A stretch of 63,173 nucleotides of DNA, filler included, from Reclinomonas americana ATCC 50394 (taxonomy: Eukaryota), in the NCBI GenBank assembly GCA_048213135.1. It is 4 parts of 3 records of this genome, joined end to end, with 100 filler letters (N's around TTAATTAATTAA, not from the genome) between each part and the next. Parts side by side here need not be neighbours in the genome. Positions count along the whole stretch, not along the records: positions 1 to 19,503 come from PS015200.1; 3 more parts are not named here. One strand, given 5' to 3'. Of this stretch, positions 1 to 14,200 are shown in pieces (positions within the stretch are counted from its first letter, which is position 1; each line of letters begins with the position of its first letter). The notes under the pieces are model-generated. The model ran no database searches. It saw only the letters and a list, made by a program, of their open reading frames with translations, and had not been told where the DNA came from. The position numbers and the translations under genes were made by a program.

Positions 1-3000
1 GACAAGGAACACCACGATACCCCACACAATCACATACTGTGACGTGAAGAATCCTGCAACACAAGTAGCGCGTGAGCGAAAGGCAAAAAAACGAAATCAA
101 CAAGCAGAACAACGACTCACCCATCAAACTGTGGTACAAAGCCCAGCGCTTGCACAGGCCAATGTGGTTGCTGCGCATGGCGTCGCGGAACATCTGAGTC
201 GTGCCAATCTCTCCGCCACCGGCAGAAATCTTCAGCGAGAAACGGTTGGTCGTCGGCAAGCAGCAATCGCGACCCTTGCCGCAGGTGATGTAGTCGGCGT
301 GACCGACACGCAGGCCAAACAAGTGCATCGTCACACCCTTCGGCGTATCCTCAGACACAAAGTCCGACAGAGACTCGCCGTTGTAGCCGACAAGGTAGTC
401 GTAGGCAATCAGATCGGGCTGACCGTAGTGAGTGCGCAGGCCAATCATGTCGAGGCCGCGCTGCAGAGTGGCGTTGAACGTGCGCTCGTTGGAGGCAGCG
501 ACACTGCCGACCGGAGTCCAGCCGTCAGTGATCACATACTGCGAGAAGCCGATAATGGCCAGGCGGCGGTCAATGTTGAACTCCTCGGCCACGCACACCA
601 GCTTCATCTGCTCTTCGGGAGAACCATGCTGGTTCACATCGACGGCTTGAATCAGCGGGTTGCGCACATGCAAAAGCATTTGCGACTGGTTGTCACTCTT
701 GCCGTTGCCGAACAAGAAGTCACCCGGAAGCTGTGAGGAGAAACGAGAGGAGAGAAGAGTGAGCATACAATGGAAGCACAAATACACGCCCATGTGTCAC
801 TCTTCAAACACACACCTTCAGCTTGCGCTGCAAGAACAGCATAATGTTGCCATTCACACGGCGCACGCGATAGCGCACCGAGAAGTAGCGAGTGTCACGA
901 CGCAGCACCGTCACCAGGTCGACCGGCAAGTTGCACATCGTGTCGAGCAGATCGAGCACGTTCTGCTGGTTGACCAGCTGCTGGCCCGACGGGTGCTTCT
1001 CCCAGCGAGAACCCTTGATGGTCTCGCCGAGCTCCTGGAACGACACCACCATCTGGTACTTGTCCTCGGCCACCGCCACCGCACGAGACTTGCTCATGCG
1101 CGGGTTCTGAATGCGGCACAGCACCGACATGGCCTTCCACGTGGTGCCGAAGCCGCGAATAGTACGCGACAGCGACTGAATGCGGCCGCTCATCCAGCGG
1201 CGCAGCGCCTCAAAGTACTTGCGGTCGAGGTAGAACAGCGAGTCGAACACCTCAGTGTGCTGATCGTTGTTGAGGTAGCGCAGAATGCCAATGTTCTTGG
1301 CCAGCGAGTCGTACACCATCTTGGAGGCGGCGGTGTTGAGGCGATGGCCGCGGTGGTCGTGGGTCGGCTTGCAACGCGGGTCGTTGACGATCTTGTCCAT
1401 CTCGTGAGTCTCGGGGTCGTAACGGTGGATGCCGAACACAGACAGCATGTGGCCGAGGGCGCGCTGGTCGCGCTGGCTGCGAGTGGTCTCGTAGTCGAGC
1501 AGGACGCGCTTGCAGAAGAAGACCCACTCGTCGGGGTTCTTCTTGATGGCATGCGACAGGTCCATCAGATCGCGAGCCTCGCGAGGGAACCAAGCCACAG
1601 TTTCACGAGCTGAGAAGAGAGGAAGAGAGTCAGTCACTGTTTGTGATGTGGTAAACAAAAAGTGTGTCAAAAAACTCACCAGACGGGCACATGGTGGAGA
1701 TGCCCGGCGACGTCAGCAGGTTGTACATCGGCGGCAGTGACGGGTGCAGCAGACCAGAGATCCACACCGCCAAGNNNNNNNNNNNNNNNNNNNNNNNNNN
1801 NNNNNNNNNNNNNNNNNNNNNNNNNNNNNNNNNNNNNNNNNNNNNNNNNNNNNNNNNNNNNNNNNNNNNNNNNNNNNNNNNNNNNNNNNNNNNNNNNNNN
1901 NNNNNNNNNNNNNNNNNNNNNNNNNNNNNNNNNNNNNNNNNNNNNNNNNNNNNNNNNNNNNNNNNNNNNNNNNNNNNNNNNNNNNNNNNNNNNNNNNNNN
2001 NNNNNNNNNNNNNNNNNNNNNNNNNNNNNNNNNNNNNNNNNNNNNNNNNNNNNNNNNNNNNNNNNNNNNNNNNNNNNNNNNNNNNNNNNNNNNNNNNNNN
2101 NNNNNNNNNNNGGAGAAGCACAAACGTAAGCAAGCAGTCACAAGAAAGAGAGAGAGGGAGAAATGAGAGCACAACAGACAAACCTTGCGAATGACAAGAG
2201 TGTCGCGAGAGCCGCAGCACGACATAATCCACTTGAAGAACCAGCCGACCGGCAAGATGAGGTCGAGCACCTTCATGAAGGTGGACGGCGGTCCGTTCTG
2301 GTAAGTGGTGTCGCGAACCATGGCCTGGCCCAACACACGCGCGTACAGTTGGCGCAGCTGCGATTCGTTGTAGCCCTGGTCGTTCTCGCGGAGCGGCAGC
2401 TTCGACACGAGGCTGCGGACCTTCTTCTGCACTTCGGTGATCATGCAGCGGTCGTGCTTGTCGTTGAGGTCGTAGCCGAGAGTGTACGAGCCGAAGTCGA
2501 AGCCGAACGGGTGCGGACGCAGACCCTGGCGACGAGCCTGACCGTCGGGCAGCATCTCGTCGAGCCACGCGTCCTTGTGGCGCTCGTCGACCACCGGAAT
2601 CAGCTCAGGGTGCTCACCGGGGCGGCCCGAGCGAGCATTGGGGATCAGCGGGCGGCGCTGACCGTCGTTGGTGTTGCCGTCCATGTCGGGATTCGGCCAG
2701 TACTCGACAGCACTGTCCTCCGACTCGCGGGCAAAGTAACGCGCCGCAATGGCGCCCATGCGCTTGCGGTGCGCGCACGTGCAAGCGCAGCAGGTGATGA
2801 GGATGCCGAAGATCAGGAACAGCACCGCCACACCACCGGCCACGAGGGCCGACTGAGCGTCGAGTGTGTTACCGAGCACACGATTGCCGGCATTCGGATC
2901 TGCGCGTCACATCATGATGTCAGCAAGTGGCGGTGGTGGAAGAGAGGGAGAGGGTGGAGAGTGGGACAGCTCACCGTCGGGAATACAGTCGACCTTCAGC

Positions 3001-3327
3001 GAGTCGATCTTGAACAGCGCTTGGCCCTGAGTGACGAGGCGAATGCACAGCGCCACCTTGGCGTACGTGCCGGACGAGAACGACGCCGAGTACGTGCCGT
3101 AAGCACCGACCGACGTGACCGTCATCGACTGGAACTCGGACGGGCGATCAGAGCACACGGCGGCGGTGTTGAAGTCGCCAGGTGAGTAGCCAATCGTCAT
3201 GACCGAGGCGTCGAGGTTGGTGATGTTGAAGCCAGTGGTGGGCGTGGTGACGGTCGTGTTGAGCGACGGGTTGTAGGGAACGCCGACGCGTTGCGCCGAC
3301 ACCGACAGCGTGAACTTGCCCTTGACC
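1..3327 (-). CDS. Divergent 1,3-beta-glucan synthase (GT48, FKS/callose synthase family) with N-terminal ectodomain and TM helix; partial at both ends
   Basis: Exons 3327-2975, 2899-2184, 1774-1680, 1609-816, 730-121 and 53-1. Exon 730-121 is absent from the ORF track because its frame has no stop in the window. Translation matches the FKS catalytic region in order: LAVWISGL..PDEWVFF, LRRWMSGRIQSLSRTIRG, LPGDFLFGNGKSDNQ, IQAVDVNQ, THYGQPD, VSED, CGKGRD, KISAGGGE, then a TM helix. Confidence 0.88.
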
Positions 3328-3937
3328 NNNNNNNNNNNNNNNNNNNNNNNNNNNNNNNNNNNNNNNNNNNNNNNNNNNNNNNNNNNNNNNNNNNNNNNNN
3401 NNNNNNNNNNNNNNNNNNNNNNNNNNNNNNNNNNNNNNNNNNNNNNNNNNNNNNNNNNNNNNNNNNNNNNNNNNNNNNNNNNNNNNNNNNNNNNNNNNNN
3501 NNNNNNNNNNNNNNNNNNNNNNNNNNNNNNNNNNNNNNNNNNNNNNNNNNNNNNNNNNNNNNNNNNNNNNNNNNNNNNNNNNNNNNNNNNNNNNNNNNNN
3601 NNNNNNNNNNNNNNNNNNNNNNNNNNNNNNNNNNNNNNNNNNNNNNNNNNNNNNNNNNNNNNNNNNNNNNNNNNNNNNNNNNNNNNNNNNNNNNNNNNNN
3701 NNNNNNNNNNNNNNNNNNNNNNNNNNNNNNNNNNNNNNNNNNNNNNNNNNNNNNNNNNNNNNNNNNNNNNNNNNNNNNNNNNNNNNNNNNNNNNNNNNNN
3801 NNNNNNNNNNNNNNNNNNNNNNNNNNNNNNNNNNNNNNNNNNNNNNNNNNNNNNNNNNNNNNNNNNNNNNNNNNNNNNNNNNNNNNNNNNNNNNTCTCTC
3901 GTGTGCATGCCGTTTCCCCCGAAATGCAAAACGCAAC

Positions 3938-6438
<2,501 letters not shown>

Positions 6439-6481
6439 CAAAGATTTGGATTGGTCCTGCACTTCCAACTTCACTGTGGTC

Positions 6482-9426
6482 TTAGTCATCGTTTTCCTCT
6501 TCAGAACTGGAAGAGTCGTCGCTGGAGAGGACGTTACTGAACGTCGTACGCGTCGCGTTCGAAGACGTTGCCTGCGCGGTCCACCATGGGCATCTTGTCG
6601 TCGTCGTCGTCGTCGGAGCCGTCACCCGCGGAAAGGAGACGCGGAGACCACATGCTGCCGGGTCCGAAGCACATCAGTCGACCCGAGAGCGATGGGAATG
6701 GGTGCTCCAGTGCTGAGCACATCGAGTAGTAGCTTGCACGTGACCTGCATGTGAGGTTGGTGAGAAGGGGAGCGCGTGTGCAGGGTTGGTGCAGCCAGCG
6801 CGCAACTCCCACTCGTACATCGGTGCGTGTGCTCCGATGCACTCCCGTCGAGCCACAGGCTCGCTCTGATACCGGTCGAACACGCGAATGAACCTGTCGC
6901 TTGACCCTGTGCGAGGGCAAACACGACACTCAGCATTGCATACATCCATCACTATCCAACACGTGCATAGCAGAACGCAACAGACAACGATCTGGTCGCC
7001 GCCCGGAGTGCACACTGCGGATATCCTCGGTCGGGGTGACGTGTTGCGCAGGGTGCGGTCGTTCCACGGCAGGTCGTACCGCACGACAGGTTCCGTCCAG
7101 TTCCGTATGTCCCACAAGTACATTGAGCAGTCACGATGCCGCGCCACGACCATTACGTCGTTGGGCATGGCCATCAGCTGCTCCACTGGTGAGTCGACGC
7201 GTGTGGCGTGCCCTACCCCCAACTGGCCGCGCTCGCGGAGATCATGCGTCACCACATTGCCCGTGCGCAGGCCAAAGAGCGCCATGTGACCCTGTCGACG
7301 ACGACGAGCAGGTGAGCAAGCAGAAGGCGTGATGTGCTCTGTCTGCTCATCAGCACGCACTGTCGAATCCGACTCGGCCGCCGACACCATGGCGCGCTTG
7401 TTGTAATACAACTGCTCCGTGACCCTGGATTCCAGGTTGAACATGAGCGCGTACCGATCACACCCTGCATCGCGAGAACACATGAGCGACATTCACCAAG
7501 CAAACGAGTCGCACGCGAGTGGACTCGCCTAAAAGCACGCTGTACTTTGACCCGGTTACCACCCGACTGCAAAACACCGAGCGCATGCTCTTGTCGGGAG
7601 CACTGATGGGAAACCGATAGAGTCGAAAATAAAGAGGGATCAGTATATGCAGGCTCAGTTCGCCGGGAATGCCTGCTCCGCCCATGTATGTAGTCCTGCG
7701 CACGCACAGTGGGGATAAGAGAGGGATGGAGAGAGAGAGAGAGAGAGTGAGAGGCAAGCGGTCACGCACGCAACATGAATGAGTTCTTGGGAAACAGCCC
7801 TGGCGGCAGCCATGCAAGAGACGTGATATCATGGCCTGCACACTGGCATGCACGGAGAGCACTGGTTGTTGGCATCCCCACGACAACCACCATCACACAA
7901 CAACCAGGTAGAAGCTCACCCTTGGCGACGCATCGGCTCCGGCGTAGAACTGGCAGGCTCTGCAGTCCGCGCGCCGGATACTGCACCATGCAAGTGAGCT
8001 GCATCACACGCACGCATGCAGATGGAGGGGCACAAGACACAGAACGCACTCGATGTTGCAGCGCTCTGCGAGGATCAAATAAGGTTTTGTCGGATGCAAC
8101 GCCACCAGTGCCGCGTCGCGATGCGGTTGCGCGCTGACTGGCTGCTGGCGCTGCCCCAACAATATAAGCACCGAGGACGCACTCTCCCATCACCATCAGC
8201 AAACAGACTCGACACACCGACACGGCTCGAGTGACCACGGTGCGCTGCAGCAATGACGACCCCACTCGACCGCCTCTGTTTCCGTGCCTGCTCAGTGACA
8301 AGCCGCATTCCCGTCGTCGCAACTGCACACTGACAGTGGCGACACATACGCTGCGCAGTGCCCGTTGCTGTTCGCGGGATCAATGAGTGAGGGAGTGAGT
8401 GAGAGAAGAGGGGGAGAGAAGAGGGGGAGGTAAAGGGAGTGAGTGAGTGAGTGAGTACTAGTGAGTGAGTGAGTGAGTGAGTGAGTGAGTGAGTGAGTGA
8501 GTGAGTGAGTGAGTGAGTGAGTGAGTGAGTGAGTGAGTGAGTGAGTGAGTGAGTGAGTGAGTGAGTGAGTGNNNNNNNNNNNNNNNNNNNNNNNNNNNNN
8601 NNNNNNNNNNNNNNNNNNNNNNNNNNNNNNNNNNNNNNNNNNNNNNNNNNNNNNNNNNNNNNNNNNNNNNNNNNNNNNNNNNNNNNNNNNNNNNNNNNNN
8701 NNNNNNNNNNNNNNNNNNNNNNNNNNNNNNNNNNNNNNNNNNNNNNNNNNNNNNNNNNNNNNNNNNNNNNNNNNNNNNNNNNNNNNNNNNNNNNNNNNNN
8801 NNNGTGAGTGAGTGAGTGAGTGAGTGAGTGAGTGAGTGAGTGAGTGAGTGAGTGAGTGAGTGAGTGAGTGAGTGAGTGAGTGAGTGAGTGAGTGAGTGAG
8901 TGAGTGAGTGAGTGAGGGAGGGAGGGAGGGAGGGAGAGGGGGAGCGAGTGAGTCAGTGTCGTCAATCCACTTGTCAACACTGCCCTGCTGTCTGTATGCA
9001 CCTCTTGCTCCTGCACTCGATCCGCCACTTGCTTGCGCTCCCGCTCACGTTCCTGCTCAGCTCGCGCAGTGTGCCTTCGTTGCAGGCGTTCCTCTGCTGG
9101 AGTCAGACCGCCAGCCTGAGACTGCTCAGTCCCCGAGACAAGTGTTGGCCAATCCATCAATCATGAGTGAGTGAGTGGTCAGTGACAAGAGAGGATGCAC
9201 TGACCGCGCGTGCACTGGTTGCAGAAGTCGGTGCTCGTGCGCCTGGTGGAAGGCGGAAGTAGCGATTGGTCTCGGGATCGTAGAAGAAGCCCGGAATCTC
9301 CACATGTGATGGAGTGGTGGAGGTGGAGGTGGAGGAAGATGCACCCGGGCGATCTTCCTCTTCCTCCTCTTCTTCTTCCGTGCGAGTTGATTGAGAAGGG
9401 CGGCGATTGCGACGACGGCGAGTCAT
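6482..9426 (-). CDS. DCAF4: DCAF4/WDR21-like WD40 protein (putative CUL4-DDB1 substrate receptor)
   Basis: N-terminal EIPGFFYDPETNRYFRL motif typical of DCAF4; WDxR box (MYLWDIR); WD-like segments (LFGLRTGNVVTHDLR, SDRFIRVFD). Stop is at 6482 if a 28-nt intron is spliced, otherwise at 6534. Confidence 0.75.
8440..8915. repeat. (GAGT)n microsatellite in a DCAF4 intron; a second array at 19604-19868
   Basis: Direct inspection; flanks assembly gaps. Confidence 0.95.
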
Positions 9427-9541
9427 CAAAACGAACTTGCGAACACAGGACGCCCTTCACGCGGAGCTTGCGATCGCCCTTCGCGCTCGCTCTTTCTCCT
9501 TCCCCTTCTCAATATGTACAGCGGTGATACATTGGGCGACT

Positions 9542-10960
9542 TCAAAAGTCGGCATCCAAGGTGAAGAGTTTCTCCTCGCGCGTGGTGCCGACCGAGGCCT
9601 TCTTGTACTCGCCGACGCGCTTCTCGAAAAAGTTGGTCTTGCCTTGCAGGGAGATGAGGTCCATAAAGTCGAACGGATTCGTCACGTTGTACACCTGCAG
9701 TCGGAGGCAGTGAGCACATTGCACTTCTTCCCCTTGTGTCGTGGGCACAAACCTTGCGCGATCCGAGCGACAGCAGCAGCCGATCGGCGACAAACTCAAT
9801 GTACTGGCTCATGAGGCGCGAGTTCATGCCGATGAGGTCCACCGGCAGCGCGCTGGTGACAAAGTGCTTCTCAATGTCCACGGCCTCGCACACAATTCTC
9901 CGCAGCGTCTCCTCGTCCAGTTGCTGTCACACACGGATCATTGTCAGTGGCGAGTTGCCAACAGGGAAGAGCGCGTCGCGAGAAACCACTCAACGTGCTT
10001 CAGCTTGCTGTACAGCAGGCAGGCAAAGTCGCAATGCATGCCCTCGTCGCGCGAGATGAGCTCGTTGGAGAAGGTGAGACCGGGCATGAGACCGCGCTTC
10101 TTCAACCAGAAAATGGCGCAGAAGGAGCCGGAGAAGAAGATGCCCTCGACGCACGCAAAGGCCACCAGACGCGCCGCAAACGACTCGGACGAGCTGATCC
10201 ACTTGAGCGCCCAGTGTGCTTTCTCCTGCACATCGCAATGGATGAGCAAGGGATAGAGGGTCAAGAGGAGAGAGTGCGCCCGCACCATGACCGTCGGCAG
10301 CGTCTCAATCGCCCGGAACAGGCGATCGCGCTCCACCGCATCGCGCACATACGTGTCAATCAGCAGCGAGTACATCTCCGAGTGAATGTTCTCCATGGCG
10401 ATCTGGAAGCCATAGAAGCAGCGTGCCTCGGGCACCTGCACCTCCGAGGCAAAGCGCTCCTGCAGTGCTCGCCCACCAGTGAGCAAGACTGTGAGACAGA
10501 GTCGGAGGAGTATGCATGCGCAACTGCCAGGTTCTCATTGACGATTCCATCACTGGCCGCAAAGAACGCCAGCACGTGCTTGATAAAGTGCTGCTCGTCG
10601 CCACTCAGTGTATCCCAATCCTTCATATCACCTCCAAGATCCACCTCCTCCGCTGTCACAAAAAAACAATGATGAGCGAGGTCGACATCGACGTGTCTGA
10701 GCTCTTCTCTGAGCTCTCTCTCACCAGTCCAGAAGGAGGCCATTGCGCGCTTGTAGAACTCCCAGATGTCGGGGTGGCGCAGGGGGAAGAGCACAAAGCG
10801 AGTCTTGCTCTACAGAGAGATATAGAAGTGTCAGTTTGAGCACATGTGAGGTTGTCTGTGAGAGAGGAGGGACCTCTTGCAAGAGTGGCTCATCGGCCTC
10901 CAGTGCCTCTGTGGCAGTGACTGCGTCGTGGTCTTCTGAGCGAGTGGATGCGGATGCCAT
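9542..10960 (-). CDS. RRM2: Ribonucleotide reductase small subunit (class Ia R2)
   Basis: [85 protein letters not shown]-terminal FTLDADF-stop. Confidence 0.97.
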
Positions 10961-11002
10961 TCTCTTGTCTGTGAGTTGTCTGCTCTCCAAAGTCGAACGA
11001 GA

Positions 11003-11042
11003 ATTGGTAGGGGGTTTGCTCCAGAGTTCGCGCGCGCGGGAA
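11003..11042 (-). promoter_or_regulatory. Possible E2F-like element (TTCCCGCGCGCGCGAA) and CCAAT box upstream of RRM2
   Basis: 11027-11042 reads TTCGCGC on + and TTCCCGCG on -, about 70 nt upstream of the ATG; CCAAT at 11007-11003. Motif match only. Confidence 0.3.
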
Positions 11043-11206
11043 GCACCTCAACTGCACTTCTCTCTCACTGCCCTTTTTGGTGAGCAACGAGAAAACCAAC
11101 GGGTGGATAAGAGAGGTACCTGACTTGCATGGCAGGTGCAGATCGAGAAAAAAACAAGAGCGAAGAGGGGCCTGTAATAAATTGCATTCTCTTTACACTC
11201 CATAAA

Positions 11207-14200
11207 TTAAAAGTGACTCTTGGAGAGCGTGTTCGAGTGCGGGAGTGAGTCGCTGCTGTCGGATGGCACTTTCCCGGATTCAGATGCGAGAGCTATCGGT
11301 ACAGCGGGTGCGTGGGATAGTGGAGGCAGCCGCACGACACCGCGTGGCGACAGTCGTGAATGTAGGCTGTCTTCGAGGGAGACGGGTGAGTCGTCGGCGT
11401 CGACCGTGCCAGGCAGGCTGCCAGGCTGCACGCCGTTTGTCGGAGACGCAGCGGCGTTCGTGGCCGCCGCTGCTGTAATGACAGAAGACGGCAGCATGGG
11501 GACGCCGTTGGCCGGCACCGAATTGAGCACGTCGGTCATGGTGCGCGGAGGTGGCGGCCGCGGGGCCACAATCGACTCGTGCGGATGTGTGGGCGGCGTG
11601 GGTACGCCAGCAGGCGACGTGCCATCGCCGCCGCCGTTGTTCGCAGCTGACAGTGCGCGAGGTGGTGTTTGTGGCAGCGGTGGTGGTGTCGGAGTGTGAG
11701 TCGGTGGCGCCTTGACGTGGTCCGGGATCACCAGTGGTGGTGCGACCGGGTGCGACGCGAGCGGTGCAGGGGCTGCGTCGGTCGCCGCAGTGGCTGCAGC
11801 AGCTGCAGCAGCAGTCGGCGCAACAGCCACAGCAGGCTGGGAGCCCGAGGCGCCAACACGGCCCAAGACACCCAACGGGCCTCGTGATTGTGGTGCACCG
11901 GCCGCCGCCGCCGCTGGCCCCGCAGGCACGGTGTGTGCATGGCCATTGGTCTCGGCGTGTCCGCGCGCATGCTTGTTTTGCTCGGCCCTCTCCTTCGCCT
12001 TGTCCTTGTCCTTGTCCTTGATGGCTTCGGGCGGCACGTGCGCCGTCATGTTGGCGCGGTGTTGGAGCGCGCGGGCCAGCGCCACCGGCGTCTTCACGAG
12101 CGCGTGAGCTGGCGAAGGATCGGGCGCGCCATGATGCACGACCGAGGCCGTGCAGGCGCCGACCAGCATGTGCGCAAATTTGGGTCCGCTCTCGTGACCG
12201 AGCCACGCGCTGCCGCCCAGCAACCTAGGGTTCTGTATCTGCAAATCGATTCCGCGAACTTGCTCGCCCGTCAGCACTGCAACGACACGCGCGCGCGAGT
12301 TAGCACACCACATGAGAAGTCGATAAGAGAGATCAGATGCGGCAGACACGCACCGTATTGGAAGATGAGATCAGGGAACTTGCTGTCTTGCAGAATGCCG
12401 ATCACAGCCACCCACTGTCCCGTGCCGGGAATCTGCGATGCAAGCTAAGCGGGTGAGCAGAGGGTGGGAACAGCGATGTATTTGTGTCACTCGTCACCCA
12501 CCTCGAAGAAGCTGCCGGAGACGAATCGTTGCCACTGCACGATAGAAATGACAGATTCAGGGAGAGGGAAAGGGCGGAGGTTGTTGTTGCGCAAACACGA
12601 AACTTCGCTGAGGGAACTGATGGGACTGCGCGTGATGCGGCACACATGGCCACTGCGCTGCTGTATCTGGTAGTAGATTTGCGAGCCGGCCGAACCAGCG
12701 TGCTTGGGCTTCCATTCTTGCAGGTTCTGTGCAAGGTGATGAGCAACAAATCACACGAGCCATGGAAAATGGCAAATCGCACCTCGTACTGTCCGCGGAA
12801 ATCTTCTGCGGAGCCGGGGAACACACGGGCCTTGTCACCTGCGCGAAAGCATGAAACGAGTGAGCATACCATCGGCAAGTGCGTGTGCGATACAAGTGGT
12901 GGACCCAACGTTGCACAATGTAGACAAGCTTGCGCGGCTGGTCATGTCGGATTTTGGCAAAGCCGAGGACTGCAAAGGAGGAAACACGTGAGCCGTGTGC
13001 TCAGTGGAGAGAGTGGGAAGACCAAAAAACACGAACTAATGATTCGCTGCGTGGAGCGGATACGAATGCCGCCAATCTCCAGCTCCTCGTCGCCCTACAC
13101 ACACACACGCACTCGATGAGATTACCGAGTAAACAGCTGTGCACATGCTGGTTTACGAACCGAGTACTTCTGCAAAAAGTGCACGCCGTACTCCTCAGCC
13201 TCGGCGCACGTTGGGCTGATGTTGACAGCCAGTACGCGTTCGTGGGACATCATGGAGGCCACCGACTGGCTGCCGGGGCCCGCCAGGCCCGCTGGCACAA
13301 CGGCTGGGTACAGAATGAACATGTCCTGTTGGGGGGGAGAAGGGAGAGGGAGGGCGAGGGAGAGGTAGAGGGAGGCAGAGATGTTGAGCAACAAGACTAA
13401 GGTGTTATGCGGCACACAGTCACTCACCCTGGGCATGGTGCTGTATTCCAGCCGCTCAATTTTTGGCAGCGTCGGAGAGGCGACTGATGACTTGCCTCCC
13501 ACCAGCTGCGGTGACAAAGTGAGTATCGGTAGACGAGAGGGCAAATCGTTCATGCTTTGTGCACTCAACTCGCAGAATGATTGGGTCGTGGATGGCAGAG
13601 CGCAGCTGGTCAAACAGAGTCTTCACAGACGATTGAATCGATTGGAACAAGAGCCTCAGCGACAGTTCAGCTTCGCGCGATTCCTGCGCGAATGCGCGGT
13701 GAGACGAGCTACCAGAGAGCATTTCATGTTGGCATGTGCGACTCACCGAGTAGCCCAACTCCTTGTGGTTCTCGTGGCCCGCTCTGGCCGAATGGGCACC
13801 AATGTTGGCGAGCGCAAGGTGTACGCCAGCTGCGTCATAAGCCAAGGGATGATCATTAGCAAACCGAAAACAGAGAGAAGGGAGAAGAGAGAGAAGGGAG
13901 AAGAGAGAGAAGGGAGAAGAGAGAGAAGATATCTGGGGAGCAACGCAACTGCCAGACGGTCGGCGGTCATCATGGTGGTCGCCATGCAACTCGGTGATAC
14001 TGTCCTTCACCGTCACCGCTTCATCTGCACGGGAAAAGTGAGTGTCGAGGTGCAGAAGAAGAGGAGAAGCCGCATAGCCGCCCAGCGCAACTCTTGTCGG
14101 CCACTTCGGTGATGCAACTGACCAGGCGGCGGTGGATCAGTTCAAAGTGCAGCTTGCCTGTGTGGTGGCGATGAGAANNNNNNNNNNNNNNNNNNNNCAA

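Noticed and set aside
44-1613. Long plus-strand ORFs 44-736 and 660-1613, and many similar antisense ORFs
   Set aside because: Shadow frames of GC3-rich minus-strand exons (here GT48).
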